64,000 bases of DNA from positions 512,001 through 576,000 of the forward strand of contig CAWGMA010000001.1 in NCBI GenBank assembly GCA_963823555.1, in the 5' to 3' direction. Each line of letters opens with the position of its first letter. The stretch's first letter is position 1. This document shows positions 20,933 through 30,884 of this stretch, piece after piece. The notes beneath the pieces were generated by a model, which ran no database searches, had not been told where the DNA came from, and saw nothing but the letters and a program-made list of their open reading frames with translations. Source of the stretch: Candidatus Eiseniibacteriota bacterium. GTDB lineage: Bacteria > Eisenbacteria > RBG-16-71-46 > CAVPCR01. A program made the translations under genes and the position numbers.

Positions 20933-21841
20933 ATGCCCAGGGTGGGGAGGTGGTGTCTCAGGAGCCGGGCGGCAGCCCTCCTCGCGGCAGGCGCATGCCT
21001 GCTCGGCGGGGTCGCGGGTTGCGAGCCTTCCCATCGCGGTGTCACCGCCGGGACGCTCCGGGTTGTGGGATCCGAAGCGGCTCGCCCCATGGTGCAGGCC
21101 GCAGCGGACACATTCGTTTCCTACTACAAGCGAGCACAGGTCACGGTCGAGGGAGGAGGCACCGTGGCCGGGCTCGAGGCCCTGATCAACAAGCAGGCCG
21201 AAATCGCAGTTCTCTCCCGCGAGCCGCTGGAGAGCGAGCGGAAGGCAGGCGCCGAGGTCGGGGTCGAGATCGCACTCTATCCCTTTGCCTATGATGGGCT
21301 GGCCATCATCGTCAACCGCGATAACTCGGCCTATGCCCTCAGCTTCCGCGAGGCGCGGACGCTCTTCACCGGTGAGACGACGGACTGGTCGGTCATTGGA
21401 GCCGACCCAGGATGGATCCGCGTCTACACGACCGGTGTTGAAAACGGCGCTACCGAGTTCGTCCGCCGGGTCCTGCTCGGCGGAGCGGACTTCGTCGCAG
21501 GGGCGGGGAGGGCAACCACGACCCGAGGGATCGTCGACTCGGTGGCCCAGCACGTTGACGCCATCGGCTACGCCAGCATGGCCGAGCTCGACGACCGCGT
21601 GAAAGCGCTGCCTCTCTCTCCGCCCGAGGGTGGGCCACTCAGGGTTCTCAACAGGGAAACGGTCTATCGGAAGGAGTACCCTCTAGTCCGTACCTTTTAC
21701 TTTGGCACCCGGGGCATCCCGCGGGACGACCTGATTTCCGGTTTTGTCAGCTTCGTCATGGGTAACAGCGGCCAGAAGGTCGTCGCCGAGATGGGTTTCG
21801 TCCCCGCCACCGTGCCCGTCCGGTTTCGGACCGAGGGCTAG
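20933..21841 (+). CDS. PstS-like periplasmic binding lipoprotein (PBP2 fold)
   Basis: Lipobox VAGC; GSEAA, GGGTVAG, AYDGLAIIVN, AIGY, YPLVR. No pstCAB adjacent. Start uncertain. Confidence 0.8.
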   Translation: MPRVGRWCLRSRAAALLAAGACLLGGVAGCEPSHRGVTAGTLRVVGSEAARPMVQAAADTFVSYYKRAQVTVEGGGTVAGLEALINKQAEIAVLSREPLESERKAGAEVGVEIALYPFAYDGLAIIVNRDNSAYALSFREARTLFTGETTDWSVIGADPGWIRVYTTGVENGATEFVRRVLLGGADFVAGAGRATTTRGIVDSVAQHVDAIGYASMAELDDRVKALPLSPPEGGPLRVLNRETVYRKEYPLVRTFYFGTRGIPRDDLISGFVSFVMGNSGQKVVAEMGFVPATVPVRFRTEG

Positions 21842-21873
21842 CCCCGCCAGCCGAAGAGCCCTGGATCCAGATC

Positions 21874-23571
21874 ATGACTGAGAGAAGAATGGAGAAAGTC
21901 ATCACACGCCACAGCCGCGGCTTCCTCGGGATCCTCGTCGCTGCCGGGTGCCTCCTGGCGCTCGGTGCCGGAAGTGAAGTCCGGGCTGCCGACGCCGACC
22001 CTCAAGTCCCCTACGCCCTCGCAGCTGCTGGGGATTCACTGTTTGCCCTGAACAAGATCGACCAGGCCGAGGCCGAGTACCAGAAATCCTATGAGGCCGC
22101 CAAGAGCTTCCAGGCCGGGACGGCGCCCCGCGAGGAGGGGCTCTGCCTGGCCAACTACGGGCTCGCCCGCGTGGCCCTGGTGCGCGGCGAGACCAAGGAT
22201 GCCGGGAAGCTCCTCAAGTCCTGCAAGGACAAGCCCCAGTACGAGGGCATCTACATGCTCGGCATGGGGCTTACGGCGTACAAGGAAGGCAATCTCGACG
22301 AATCCGAGAGGCTTCTCCTGCAGGGCGCGAGCCGACTCGACCTGGCCCGGGGCGATAGCCCCGCAGACGAGGTTCGGCTGGAGATGGCGGACTCACTGGT
22401 CTCCATCGCCCTCGCCAAGGACCTGCCTCTCATTGCCGTCGAGCGGCTCAACGAACGTGCCAAGCTCGTTCCTGGAGATCCGGCTCCTCATGTTCGCCGG
22501 GGGCGCATTCTCGAGGACTCGAAGCAGTACGAGGAGGCCGTGGAGGCCTATGGCCAGGCGATCGCCGTCGACTCGACCGCGGTCGAGGCCTATCGCGGCA
22601 TCGCCGGAATCTATTCTCGCGCCCAGGGCGGCAAGCCGGTTGCGGCCAAGACGTTGGAGCGACTGGCGATCGCGCAACCAACGGCAGAGAACTGGGCCGC
22701 GGCGGGCGAGGCCTGGATGGAGGCCGGACAGCCGCAGAGCGCGGCTCCGCTCTTCGAGAAGGCCGTGGCAGCCGGAGGCCCGGCCAAGGCGCAGGTCGGA
22801 CTCGCCCGCGCCATCTACGCCAGCGGCGATCGGGAAAAAGCCGTCACCATCTTCCAGGGCATCGACCCATCGGCGCTCAGCGCCGACGACTGGGACGCGA
22901 TCGGGAAGGCGCTCCTCGAGCAGAAGGACTACCCTCAGGCCCGCAACGCCTTCCTGAAGGAGTCCGAGCTCGATCCGACCCGGGCCGACGCGCTGTTCTA
23001 CGCCGGCTACACCCACTACGTGTCGCGCGAGTACGCGGAGGCCATCCCGTACTTCGAGCGGCGGATCGCGATCGACTCGAAGTCGACGGCGGCGTTCTCG
23101 AACCTGGGCCTCTGCTACCTGCAGGTCGGAAAGCCGGAAGAAGGGATCGCCATGCTCCAGAAGGCGGTCGATCTCGATCCCGACGACTCGCGGAGCCGGA
23201 TCTGGCTGGCTCAGGCCTATGCCGTCCAGTCCAAGTGGGGCGAGTCGGCGGCCGAGTACGAGAAGGTCATCGCGATGGATGCCGAGAGCGCCGAAGCCTG
23301 GCGTGGCCTCGGTTTTGCCCAGCTCAACCAGAATCGCTATGGCGAAGCCATCGATTCCCTGACCAAGGCCGATCAGCTCGAGCCCAACAACGTGCAGGGG
23401 CTCGTCTGGCTCGCCCAGGGCCACGGCATGGTCGAGCACTACGATACGGCCGCATCCTTGTTCCGGAAGGCCCTGAGCGTGGATCCCAGCTCGCAGGAGG
23501 CGCGGCAGGGATTGCAGATGATCGATGAAGTAACGAAGAAGCAGAAGAAGCGCAGGCCCTCTGCTTCGTGA
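21874..23571 (+). CDS. Exported tetratricopeptide-repeat protein
   Basis: Signal peptide followed by many TPR-like repeats, e.g. AFSNLGLCYLQVGKPEEGIAMLQKAVDLDP. Confidence 0.88.
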   Translation: MTERRMEKVITRHSRGFLGILVAAGCLLALGAGSEVRAADADPQVPYALAAAGDSLFALNKIDQAEAEYQKSYEAAKSFQAGTAPREEGLCLANYGLARVALVRGETKDAGKLLKSCKDKPQYEGIYMLGMGLTAYKEGNLDESERLLLQGASRLDLARGDSPADEVRLEMADSLVSIALAKDLPLIAVERLNERAKLVPGDPAPHVRRGRILEDSKQYEEAVEAYGQAIAVDSTAVEAYRGIAGIYSRAQGGKPVAAKTLERLAIAQPTAENWAAAGEAWMEAGQPQSAAPLFEKAVAAGGPAKAQVGLARAIYASGDREKAVTIFQGIDPSALSADDWDAIGKALLEQKDYPQARNAFLKESELDPTRADALFYAGYTHYVSREYAEAIPYFERRIAIDSKSTAAFSNLGLCYLQVGKPEEGIAMLQKAVDLDPDDSRSRIWLAQAYAVQSKWGESAAEYEKVIAMDAESAEAWRGLGFAQLNQNRYGEAIDSLTKADQLEPNNVQGLVWLAQGHGMVEHYDTAASLFRKALSVDPSSQEARQGLQMIDEVTKKQKKRRPSAS

Positions 23572-23598
23572 GCCAGTTAGCCTAGGAGGAAGCCGAAC

Positions 23599-24339
23599 GT
23601 GAGACAGTCGTGGTTCTTCATAATCGTGCTGACCATCGCGATCATCATCGCGTGGGTCGTCTTCAACTACTTCCTGCCGGAGTACGTCAAGGCCGGTGGT
23701 CCGCTCGTCATGTCGCTCATCGTGCTCCTCGTGCTGACGATCACCTACGTCTTCGAGCGCACCATCACGATCAAGAAGGCCGAGGGTCGCGGCAGTCTGC
23801 ATACCTTCGTGCGCAAGTTCCGCCAGGAAGTGCAGGCGGGAAACATGGACCAGGCGATCGCCGCGTGCGAGAAGCAGGGCGGTTCACTGGCCAACGTGTT
23901 GCGGGCTGGTCTCTCGAGCTTCCAGGATGCGCTCCACTTCAACCTCTCGGACTACGAGCGGACGGACTACACCCGGCGTGCTGTCGAGGAGGCGAACGCT
24001 CTCGAGTCGCCGATTCTCGAGCGAAACCTGATCGCGCTCTCCACGATCGCATCGATTGCGACCATGGTCGGCCTCCTCGGTACCACCATCGGCATGATCC
24101 GCGCCTTCAGGGCCATGGCCACCACCGGGGCGCCGGATGCCATCCAGCTCGCCCTCGGGATCTCCGAGGCTCTGATCAACACCGCCGGCGGTCTGACGGT
24201 GGCCATCCTGGCCATCGTTGGCTACAACTACTTCGTCAACAGGGTCGATTCGTTGAACAACACGATCGACGAGGCAGCCCACGAGATGCTGGATCAGGTC
24301 ACGGCCATGGGGAAGGGGCGAAAGGTTGCGCAAGCCTAA
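23599..24339 (+). CDS. exbB: MotA/TolQ/ExbB proton channel
   Basis: LSTIASIATMVGLLGTTIGMIRAF, GISEALINTAGG; RBS AGGGAG before a GTG start. Confidence 0.92.
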   Translation: MRQSWFFIIVLTIAIIIAWVVFNYFLPEYVKAGGPLVMSLIVLLVLTITYVFERTITIKKAEGRGSLHTFVRKFRQEVQAGNMDQAIAACEKQGGSLANVLRAGLSSFQDALHFNLSDYERTDYTRRAVEEANALESPILERNLIALSTIASIATMVGLLGTTIGMIRAFRAMATTGAPDAIQLALGISEALINTAGGLTVAILAIVGYNYFVNRVDSLNNTIDEAAHEMLDQVTAMGKGRKVAQA

Positions 24340-24892
24340 GCGAATCGGAGTCAGTATCGACATGACCCCGATGGTCGATATTGCCTTCCTGCTCTTGATC
24401 TTCTTCATGACGACGACGACCTTCAAGCCGCCGGAAGAGGTCACGATCGACCTGCCGCGCTCGAGCGCCGAGTACAAGGTGCCGGAGTCGAACGTGCTCA
24501 TCCTGACCATCACCAGGACCGGTGACCTCTTCGTGCAGAACGATCCGCGCAGCTCGGTGCAGAAGATCGACATGAGCCAGCTCGGAGGCTGGGTCCGGAG
24601 CGAGCGTTCGCGGAACCCGCGCGTGCGCATGATCGTGAAGGCCGACAAGAACTGCGAGTACGGGGTCATGCAGGACGTGATGGATGTCCTGCAGGTGGAA
24701 CGGACCAACCGTTTCGTGCTCATGACCGAGGGCGAAGGAGCGGAACAGGGGGAGAAGACGCTTCCCGAAGCCCTTGAGGGCGAGCCGCTCGAAGGCTACG
24801 GCGTCGGCGCCGGGCACCAGCTGGCCCAGGCCGGTTCGGACGCCGTGCGCCCGGAGGCGGCCGCGAGTGGAGGTGAGCCATGGGTGCGGTAG
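24326..24892 (+). CDS. exbD: ExbD/TolR biopolymer transport protein
   Basis: IDMTPMVDIAFLLLIFFM, VKADK. Confidence 0.9.
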   Translation: MRKPKRIGVSIDMTPMVDIAFLLLIFFMTTTTFKPPEEVTIDLPRSSAEYKVPESNVLILTITRTGDLFVQNDPRSSVQKIDMSQLGGWVRSERSRNPRVRMIVKADKNCEYGVMQDVMDVLQVERTNRFVLMTEGEGAEQGEKTLPEALEGEPLEGYGVGAGHQLAQAGSDAVRPEAAASGGEPWVR

Positions 24893-25368
24893 ACGTCGGC
24901 GCCCCGAAAGGCAAGGGCAAGAAGAAGACCCGCCGTGGCGGGATTCGCATCGACATGACCCCCATGGTTGACATCGCGTTCCTGCTCCTCATCTTCTTCA
25001 TGGTCACGACCGTCTTCCGCCGGCCGCAGGCGCTCGAGATCACGCTGCCCGGCGAGAAGAACGAGGTCGAGGTCCCCGAGCGGAACGTGATGTCGATCCT
25101 GGTCGACCAGGACGGCAAGGCGTACTGGCATCTGGGGCTCGACCTGCCGACCCCGGTCGAGGTCGACAAGGTAAACGAGATCGTCTATCAGGAACGCAGC
25201 CAGAACCCGGCGCTCGCGGCGGTGATCAAGATCGATCGCGCCGCTCCCTACCACTACATGGTGGATGTGCTGGACGAGGTCACCCTCGGCAAGCTCGAGC
25301 GCTTCAGCCTGGCCCCGCTGACCGAAGACGACAAGCTGGCCCTGCAGGGCGGGGGAACTGGATCGTGA
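24880..25368 (+). CDS. exbD: Second ExbD/TolR protein
   Basis: IDMTPMVDIAFLLLIFFM, MVDVLDE. Confidence 0.9.
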   Translation: MGAVDVGAPKGKGKKKTRRGGIRIDMTPMVDIAFLLLIFFMVTTVFRRPQALEITLPGEKNEVEVPERNVMSILVDQDGKAYWHLGLDLPTPVEVDKVNEIVYQERSQNPALAAVIKIDRAAPYHYMVDVLDEVTLGKLERFSLAPLTEDDKLALQGGGTGS

Positions 25369-26150
25369 GCTTCCGCACATACATCCTGCAGCGTCCTCTG
25401 ATCGAGAGTCTCGGTCCGTCGGCGCGACGGCTGGCCCGAGGCCGCTACCAGCGGCATTTCGCCACCGCTCTCATGCTGTGCATCGTGCTGCTCTTCTCAG
25501 TGATGCTGGGAGGAATGGGCTATTCACGGCTCAAGGAACGCGCTGAGGCGCACCAGGCGACGCGCCAGGTGAAGCTCGTGCCCTACCGCGACCTGGCCGC
25601 CCCGCCCTCGCTCCAGCAGGCACCGGCCGAGCCGCCCAAGTTCTCGTTCAAGGCCCCGACCTTCAAGGCGCCGCCGACCGGTATTCCGGTGCCGGTGCCC
25701 CAGGAGGAAGCGGCAGTGACGACGATCGCGAGTCAGGCACAGATCCCGTTCGCTGGGACCGAGGGCGATACCGGCCTCGGCTCCGATCTGAGCGAGGGGG
25801 TACCCTGGGGCGTGGAGGGCGGCGGTGACATCGTCATCACGGACGAAGAGGCAATGCCCTCGCCGGACGAGTTCGTCCCGGTGGAAGAGCAGCCGGTGCT
25901 GATCGAGAAGCAGCCTCCGGTCTATCCGGAACTGGCCCAGATGGCGAAGATCGAAGGTACGGTCATCGTCAAGGTGCTCGTCGGCAAGGACGGCAAGGTC
26001 AAGGACGCGATCATCGGCAAGGGAGTCAACGGGATTCTCGATCAGGCCGCTCTTGACGCCGCACAGAACTACGTCTTCAAGCCGGCCATGCAGAACAAGA
26101 AGCCGGTGGCGGTCTGGGTGGCGATCCCGTTCAGATTCCAGCTCTACTAG
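25365..26150 (+). CDS. tonB: Energy transducer TonB
   Basis: TM anchor, Pro-rich linker, TonB_C domain YPELAQMAKIEGTV...FKPA...IPFRF. Confidence 0.9.
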   Translation: MSFRTYILQRPLIESLGPSARRLARGRYQRHFATALMLCIVLLFSVMLGGMGYSRLKERAEAHQATRQVKLVPYRDLAAPPSLQQAPAEPPKFSFKAPTFKAPPTGIPVPVPQEEAAVTTIASQAQIPFAGTEGDTGLGSDLSEGVPWGVEGGGDIVITDEEAMPSPDEFVPVEEQPVLIEKQPPVYPELAQMAKIEGTVIVKVLVGKDGKVKDAIIGKGVNGILDQAALDAAQNYVFKPAMQNKKPVAVWVAIPFRFQLY

Positions 26151-26270
26151 AAGGGCCGGCACTGGCGCTCAGGATGGCAAGCGCCGCGGCGGAGAGCGCG
26201 CCGTTGTCTGCTGACATATGGCCTGCGCGGCCGGGCGTGGGTCACGCTAAGGAGAAACCGGAGGGAGCGA

Positions 26271-26618
26271 ATGGCAGTCAAGACCGTCATGCATGGGTCC
26301 GTTGCGGTGGTTACTCCTGAGGGCACTCTGTGGGGCGGCAACGAGACCTCCCAGCTCAAGGAGGCGATCGACAACCTCATCAAGCAGGGGAATCAACACC
26401 TCGTGCTGGACCTCGGCAAGGTAAATCATCTGAACTCGACCGCGCTCGGTCTCCTGGTCTCGACTCACTCGAACTACACGAAGCGCGGCGGGTCTGTGAA
26501 GCTCTGCGCGCTCGAGAACAAGATCAGGAACCTGCTCCTCATCACCAAGCTGTCCATGGTCTTCGAGTCATACGAAACCCTCCAGGATGCCCTGGCCAGC
26601 TATGCGGGGACGAGCTAG
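26271..26618 (+). CDS. STAS-domain anti-sigma-factor antagonist
   Basis: LVLDLGKVNHLNSTALGLL (phosphorylatable Ser region), ITKL; RBS GGAGG. Confidence 0.88.
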   Translation: MAVKTVMHGSVAVVTPEGTLWGGNETSQLKEAIDNLIKQGNQHLVLDLGKVNHLNSTALGLLVSTHSNYTKRGGSVKLCALENKIRNLLLITKLSMVFESYETLQDALASYAGTS

Positions 26619-26697
26619 CGGAAGATCCTGCCCGCCGTCCCCTGCCGGTGAGAAGGCTCCTCCCAAGCCAGGCCCAGCGGAGCGACCGCCAAGATGA

Positions 26698-26733
26698 GGG
26701 CCGTCCAGGTCTCTGCCTGGACGGCCCATTTCT
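26698..26733 (+). terminator. Hairpin / probable terminator after the Ton operon
   Basis: 12-bp stem GGGCCGTCCAGG / CCTGGACGGCCC followed by ATTTCT. Confidence 0.6.
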
Positions 26734-26741
26734 GCTATAAT
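26733..26741 (+). promoter_or_regulatory. Extended -10 promoter element for the second choice-of-anchor B gene
   Basis: TGCTATAAT (TGn plus consensus TATAAT) in otherwise GC-rich DNA. Confidence 0.5.
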
Positions 26742-26865
26742 TACTGGGTTCCGGTGTCGCAGCGAGCTGGATGGCTGCTGCGGCTTGAGCCACGGTCCTC
26801 CTCCAACCCTGTCCACCACCCGACCCCCCGGTCCTAACTGACATTGTTGAAAGGGATTGAGCGCG

Positions 26866-29310
26866 ATGCGTGGATCAACCTCGTTCTTACTCGTCCTGGC
26901 TGCTCTGCCTGCCCTCATCGGCGCTGGGGACCCGGCAAGCGCCCAGGTCAACCCCCCTGAGAACGTGGTTCTCCTGAAGAACCTCGATCGTGGCGACACC
27001 TACAGCGGCAACTGGGGCTACACGGCGCCCGACGGCACGGAGCTCGCCATCTCCGGGACGACCACCGGGACCGCCTTCATCGACGCCACCGACCCCGCCA
27101 ATGCCTACGAGGTGGCCTTCATTCCCGGCCCCAACTCGACCTGGCGCGAGATGGCGACCCTCGGGAACTACTGCTACATCGTGACCGAGGCCACCGGCGC
27201 CGCGCTCCAGGTCGTGGACCTCTCGAATCCCCTGAGCCCGGCCCTCGTTGCCACGCTCAATCCGCCGAGCTTCTTCTATGCGACCGCTCACGAGATCAAG
27301 GCGGATCCCACGACCGGCTTCCTCTATGTCTGCGGCACCAGCCCGGGCTCGGGCCAGCCCAGCCGCGGGCTCGTCATCCTCGATTGCAATGCCAGCCCGA
27401 CCAACCCGACGCTGCGCGGCGACTGGAACGTGAACTACGTCCATGACATCTCGATCAAGGACGGCCGGGCTTACGCCGCGTCCATCTACGACGGGATCGT
27501 CTACGTCCTCGACGTCACCAACTCGGGAACGCCGCCCATCCTCGCCCAGTGGACCTACCCGCAAGCGTCGACGCACAACACCTGGCCCAGCGCGGATGGC
27601 CGCTACCTGGTGACGACCGACGAGGTCACCGGCTTCGGCATCAAGATCTGGGATGTGAGCAACCTCCAGAACATCACGCTGACGGACGAGTACTACTCGC
27701 CCACGGGATCGATCGCGCACAATGCCTACATCCGGGGCAACCTCGTGTTCGCCTCGTTCTACCGGGACGGTCTCCGGGTCTTCGATATCAGCGATCCCTA
27801 CAACATCCAGCCGGTGGGCTGGTACGACACGCACCCGCAGAGCGGACAGAGCTATTCCGGGGCCTGGGGTTGCTACGCCCTGGCCACGGACCCCAACATC
27901 GCTTACATCACCGATATGCAGACCGGGACCTACATCCTGCGCTACTCCAACGACCTCGGGACGCTCTCGGGGACGGTGCGCGACGCCCAGAACCAGCAAC
28001 CGCTGGCGGGGGCGTCGGTGGAGGTCCTGGAGGCGAGCTCGACGCGGACCACCAACGCCCAGGGGACCTACACTTTCTCCCTGCAGCCCGGCATCTACAA
28101 CGTGAACTGCTCGATCTTCGGCTACACCCCGGGGTCGGCCCAGGCCACGATCACGACCCAGCAGACGACGACTCTCGATTTCAACCTGAACCCGATTCCG
28201 GCCGGTGGCTTGACCGGTGTCGTGCGCGACTCGAACCAGACTCCGATCGCCGGGGCGACCGTGACGATCGATGGCACTCCGCTCAGCGCCGAGACCAACG
28301 GGAGCGGGGTCTACACCTTCGCTTCAGTGCCGATGGGCAGCTACAGCGCGACGGCATTCAGGTTCGGGTACGCATCCCAGACCGCGCCGGTCACCATCGT
28401 CGCCTCCCAGCAGGCGAGCCATGACTTCGTGCTCCAGGCCGCGTACTTCGCCAGCGACATGGAGACGAGCCCCGGCAACTGGACGGTGTCGGGGAACGCC
28501 ACCTCGGGCCAGTGGGTGCGCGTCGATCCGGTCGGCACGTTCAACGGGGGCGACCCCGTGCAGCCCGAGGATGATCACACCCGGGCTCCCGGCGTCCTGT
28601 GCTGGGTGACGGGAAACGGAGTCCCCGGCGGGGCCATCGGGGACAACGATGTCGACAACGGATCCACCATCCTCACCACCCATGTCTTCGATCTCAGCGC
28701 TCTCTCGGATCCGGTGCTGGATTACTGGCGCTGGTTCTCGAACGATGCCAATGGCAACGCCGACGACCCCTGGGTTGTCGAGGTGAGCTCGAACGGCGGA
28801 GCGACCTGGGTCGCGATCGAGAGCACGCTCGCCGCCCGGGCTTCCTGGATCCAGATCTCACGGCGTCTGGGCGACTACCTGACGCTTCCGCTGTCCCAGT
28901 TCCAGGTGCGATTCACCGCCAGTGACCTGACTCCGGGATCGATCGTCGAGGCAGCCATCGATGACTTCCAGATCTTCGACAGCGGGGCGACGACGGGTGT
29001 CGAGGAACCCGACGAGGGTCCGGTTACAGCGCCGGTTGCTCTCCGCGGCAATTTCCCCAATCCGTTCAATCCCACGACGGAGATCCAGTTCGAGCTATCG
29101 CGAGAGATGCCGGTGAAGCTGCGCATCTTCGATGCGTCGGGTCGCATCGTGCGCGTGCTCGTGGATGAGAGGCCGTTCGGTGCGGGAGCGCAGTCGGTGA
29201 CATGGGACGGCCGCAACGATGCGGCTCAGCCGGTGGCGAGTGGCGTCTACTACCTCCGGCTCGAGACGCCGGGCTCCTCGCAATCCAGGAGCATGGTGCT
29301 CGCCAAGTAG
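26866..29310 (+). CDS. Choice-of-anchor B protein with two carboxypeptidase-regulatory-like domains, a jelly-roll-like domain and FlgD-Ig C-terminal domain
   Basis: N-terminal domain closely paralogous to 19213..20616; GTLSGTVRD and GGLTGVVRD repeats; FPNPFNP...WDG...SGVYY...MVLAK tail. Confidence 0.85.
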   Translation: MRGSTSFLLVLAALPALIGAGDPASAQVNPPENVVLLKNLDRGDTYSGNWGYTAPDGTELAISGTTTGTAFIDATDPANAYEVAFIPGPNSTWREMATLGNYCYIVTEATGAALQVVDLSNPLSPALVATLNPPSFFYATAHEIKADPTTGFLYVCGTSPGSGQPSRGLVILDCNASPTNPTLRGDWNVNYVHDISIKDGRAYAASIYDGIVYVLDVTNSGTPPILAQWTYPQASTHNTWPSADGRYLVTTDEVTGFGIKIWDVSNLQNITLTDEYYSPTGSIAHNAYIRGNLVFASFYRDGLRVFDISDPYNIQPVGWYDTHPQSGQSYSGAWGCYALATDPNIAYITDMQTGTYILRYSNDLGTLSGTVRDAQNQQPLAGASVEVLEASSTRTTNAQGTYTFSLQPGIYNVNCSIFGYTPGSAQATITTQQTTTLDFNLNPIPAGGLTGVVRDSNQTPIAGATVTIDGTPLSAETNGSGVYTFASVPMGSYSATAFRFGYASQTAPVTIVASQQASHDFVLQAAYFASDMETSPGNWTVSGNATSGQWVRVDPVGTFNGGDPVQPEDDHTRAPGVLCWVTGNGVPGGAIGDNDVDNGSTILTTHVFDLSALSDPVLDYWRWFSNDANGNADDPWVVEVSSNGGATWVAIESTLAARASWIQISRRLGDYLTLPLSQFQVRFTASDLTPGSIVEAAIDDFQIFDSGATTGVEEPDEGPVTAPVALRGNFPNPFNPTTEIQFELSREMPVKLRIFDASGRIVRVLVDERPFGAGAQSVTWDGRNDAAQPVASGVYYLRLETPGSSQSRSMVLAK

Positions 29311-29357
29311 GCGGCGCCGCCGGAGCGCCCACGATCCGCAGGTGGGCCGGCGGTAGA

Positions 29358-30344
29358 TCAGGCGGCCAGCGGCCCCAGCACGGCGCGTGGGGCAACAGCG
29401 CCCTCGGCGACCCCGAACAGGGTGAGCGTGCGCTGGACCCCTGACTCTGCGGCGGCGATCAAGCGCTGGCGGTCCGTCGTCCAGCGAGTGACCGGAAGAT
29501 CGGGGGGAGGGGCCACCACGGCGAGGCGGGCCTCTTCCCCTCTTTCGTGTCGCCCGGCGCGCAGGAGTCTCAAGCCCTCGTGGAGTCGCGCCATCCCGGC
29601 GGCGTAGGAGGCGGCCAGGGCACCGGCCCGCCGATGGTCGATCGTCCGCCACACGAGCGGCATCAGGAAGCTCTGGGGTGTCGTCTCGGCGCTGGCCAGC
29701 GGCCGGCTCAAGAGGACGAGGACATCGCTGCAACCGTCCGCTATCGCCTCGAGGATCGGTACCGGAAGGAAGAGGGCGCCGTCCACGTATCGCGAGCCGC
29801 GGTGGACGATGGGGCGGCGGTAGACGAGTGGCATGGCCCCCGAGGCCTTGAGCAGGGTCAGCAGGTCGCGCGGCCCATCCATCTCGTTCTGGGTAAAGCA
29901 CTCCGTTCTGGCCCGCTCGACATTCGTCACGTAGACGTGAAGTCGAGTGGAACTGGCCAGCACTTGCTCCATCGCCAGCCGCTTTCTCCTGCCCACCACT
30001 TCTTCGTAGCAGAAGTCGATATCAACCGCTGTACCGCGGAGGATGCGCCGCCAGTCGATGAAGTTGCGGTTGTTGATGTCGCTGTAGTAGATCGAAGTAC
30101 CCAGCGTTACCTGACCGGAGAGGAAGTAGCTCGCGTTCACGGCTCCCGCCGAGGATCCATAGACCGCATCGAAGATGCTCCTGAGCCCGAGCTCCTCGAG
30201 CGCGCACAGGGCGCCCGCCGTGAAGACGCCCCGCATCGCCCCACCCTGGACGACGAGCCCGATGCGACGACCGTCACTCCATTTGCCGGCAGGCGCTCTC
30301 CTCCGGGCGAGAAGATGTTCGATGAGTGGTGCGGGCAAATTCAC
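29358..30344 (-). CDS. Patatin-like phospholipase
   Basis: GGAMRG oxyanion motif, GSSAG nucleophile motif, DGA catalytic Asp. Start uncertain. Confidence 0.88.
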   Translation of the reverse strand: MNLPAPLIEHLLARRRAPAGKWSDGRRIGLVVQGGAMRGVFTAGALCALEELGLRSIFDAVYGSSAGAVNASYFLSGQVTLGTSIYYSDINNRNFIDWRRILRGTAVDIDFCYEEVVGRRKRLAMEQVLASSTRLHVYVTNVERARTECFTQNEMDGPRDLLTLLKASGAMPLVYRRPIVHRGSRYVDGALFLPVPILEAIADGCSDVLVLLSRPLASAETTPQSFLMPLVWRTIDHRRAGALAASYAAGMARLHEGLRLLRAGRHERGEEARLAVVAPPPDLPVTRWTTDRQRLIAAAESGVQRTLTLFGVAEGAVAPRAVLGPLAA

Positions 30345-30474
30345 TCTCCATGGGATTGGAGATGCCGCGGCCTGTGCGCTGCGGTTATCGTAGCAGCTGG
30401 AGGGAGGCGCGATGCCAGCAGAAGCGAACGGTGGGGGCGAGGACGCCAGGGCCGAACGGGACCTGGCTGGTGTG

Positions 30475-30657
30475 ATGAAGCTCGACCAGTTCCTCAAATG
30501 GTCGGGCATCACCGCCACCGGCGGTCAAGCCAAGGTCCTCATCCAGGGCGGTCAAGTGCGCGTCAACGGGGTGGTCGAGACACGCCGGGGGCGAATGCTC
30601 CGCTGCGGGGATCGGGTCGAGGTCGAGGGCCGGGTCTACCCGGTCGAGCGCTCCTGA
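30475..30657 (+). CDS. S4-domain RNA-binding protein (YaaA/YbcJ family)
   Basis: MKLDQFLK...TGGQAK...VNGVVETRRG. Start could be as far upstream as 30412. Confidence 0.88.
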   Translation: MKLDQFLKWSGITATGGQAKVLIQGGQVRVNGVVETRRGRMLRCGDRVEVEGRVYPVERS

Positions 30658-30777
30658 GATCGGGACCCCGGCGGGGGTGCCGATGGATCTCGGGCGGCCC
30701 CGGCTCGGGCGTTGGGGGCTCTCCACCCACGCTCCCGGTGGGAGAGGCGGGTCCGGGTCCGTCCCGCCCTTCGGGGC

Positions 30778-30807
30778 TTGCCAAGGCGGCCGAGGCGGTG
30801 CTAGGCT
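30778..30807 (+). promoter_or_regulatory. Putative promoter of the act-cta operon
   Basis: TTGCCA-N18-TAGGCT with a TGn extension, followed by an AT-rich stretch before actA. Confidence 0.35.
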
Positions 30808-30884
30808 GCGCCGTTCATTTTAATTAGCCTCCGTGTAGCCCTAGTCCGCCCTCGGCGGCCCGACCCCCAAACCGTGCTGTCTAC

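Noticed and set aside
20933..21841. Calling this gene pstS of a phosphate ABC transporter
   Set aside because: No pstC, pstA, pstB or phoU is nearby and the context is a Ton operon, so only the fold is supported.
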